Source: Pseudomonadota bacterium (lineage in GTDB: Bacteria > Bdellovibrionota > Bdellovibrionia > Bdellovibrionales > SG-bin7). From it: a stretch of DNA of 33,035 nucleotides. The translations under genes and the position numbers were made by a program. The stretch lies in NCBI GenBank assembly GCA_034439715.1, contig JAWXAY010000064.1, positions 1-33,035 on the forward strand, given 5' to 3'. Below, in pieces: positions 32,445 to 33,035 of the stretch (the stretch's first letter is position 1; every line of letters starts with the position of its first letter). Below the pieces are notes generated by a model that saw only the letters and a program-made list of their open reading frames with translations, searched no databases and was not told where the DNA came from.

Positions 32445-33035
32445 ATGATCCTCATGATCTCACCGTTAAAAAAAGAATATAGAGCCCTTGTAGATGGCAT
32501 ACACAGTTTCGGATTCAACTTTAAAGAATCCCAAACTGGACGCCTACCATTTGTTGAATTTTCTGAGTTAAATCTGATTTGCTCAATTGGTGGTCACGGC
32601 AAATCCCAATTCGCGTTACAAACTCAGCACCTTATTAATTCCTTCAAAAAAATATCTCGGGTGATCTGTGCTGGCTCAGGCGGTGCGTTGGTGGATTCGG
32701 TAAAACCTCTTGATGTAGTCGTCGGAACTAAAACAATTGAACACGATTTTCTAGAAAAATTTATAGCTTCACCTCAGCCCGAATTTTTAGGCTGCGGAAA
32801 GATGATCGAGCTCTTTGCTAAAAAAAGTACTATTAAACCTAACTTCTCTGTCCATTTTGGTCCTATTGCTTGTGGCGACGAAGATATCGTGGATTCTACT
32901 AGGGCCCGGGTAATTCAAGAAAAAACTCAGGCCCTAATAGTCGCCTGGGAAGGCGCCGGCGGGGCTCGAGCGACAGCCTTTCACGGGCTGCCATACCTAG
33001 AAATTCGAGTTGCCACAGATTCTGCCAATCAAAAC
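32445..33035 (+). CDS. mtnN: 5'-methylthioadenosine/S-adenosylhomocysteine nucleosidase family (PNP_UDP_1), 3'-truncated by the window edge and absent from the ORF track
   Basis: Manual translation from ATG 32445: MILMISPLKKE...IGGHGK...VICAGSGGAL...DVVVG...EHD...GPIACGDEDI...VAWEGAG...PYLEIRVATDSAN, open to the end of the window. Confidence 0.8.
   Translation, partial: MILMISPLKKEYRALVDGIHSFGFNFKESQTGRLPFVEFSELNLICSIGGHGKSQFALQTQHLINSFKKISRVICAGSGGALVDSVKPLDVVVGTKTIEHDFLEKFIASPQPEFLGCGKMIELFAKKSTIKPNFSVHFGPIACGDEDIVDSTRARVIQEKTQALIVAWEGAGGARATAFHGLPYLEIRVATDSANQN

Noticed and set aside
1..33035. CRISPR arrays, tandem DNA repeats, IS elements, phage genes, defence systems
   Set aside because: None seen. 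Intergenic gaps are mostly under about 260 bp with no repeat-spacer periodicity, and the FG-GAP repeats are protein-level only.

Overview
Gene-dense, roughly 40% GC (by eye) bacterial chromosomal window. The many signal-peptide orphan proteins, the TPR-wHTH regulator and the sigma54-type promoters suggest a Bdellovibrionota-like predator; this is inference only. I saw no integrase, transposase, prophage or CRISPR array. Left to right: (1) a stand-alone PhnZ/TmpB-like HD-domain enzyme, small secreted/lipoproteins and a TfoX-like gene; (2) tRNA-Gly(CCC) with an unusual A19:U56 elbow pair; (3) an approximately 14 kb candidate biosynthetic or lipid-modifying locus (2361-16444), made of a tightly coupled minus-strand operon (CapA-family metallophosphoesterase, MMPL/RND exporter, UnbU(RnfD-like)-UnbV(FG-GAP/ASPIC) fusion, Rieske oxygenase, tandem-GNAT protein, GH3 acyl-amido synthetase) and a divergent arm (AGMO-like desaturase, secreted protein, second GNAT-like protein, membrane protein, AhpD-like protein), with no PKS/NRPS/ACP; (4) a block of secreted proteins with sigma54-type promoters, including a gluzincin-like HEXXH protein coupled to a TPR-wHTH regulator and a 1357-aa protein with a caspase/legumain-type His-Cys dyad; (5) housekeeping-type genes (DUF2914 membrane protein, corA, cheY-like, ppsA, partial MTA/SAH nucleosidase). 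The strongest candidate for an undescribed system is (3), followed by (4). All family calls come from motif recognition by eye, not database searches.
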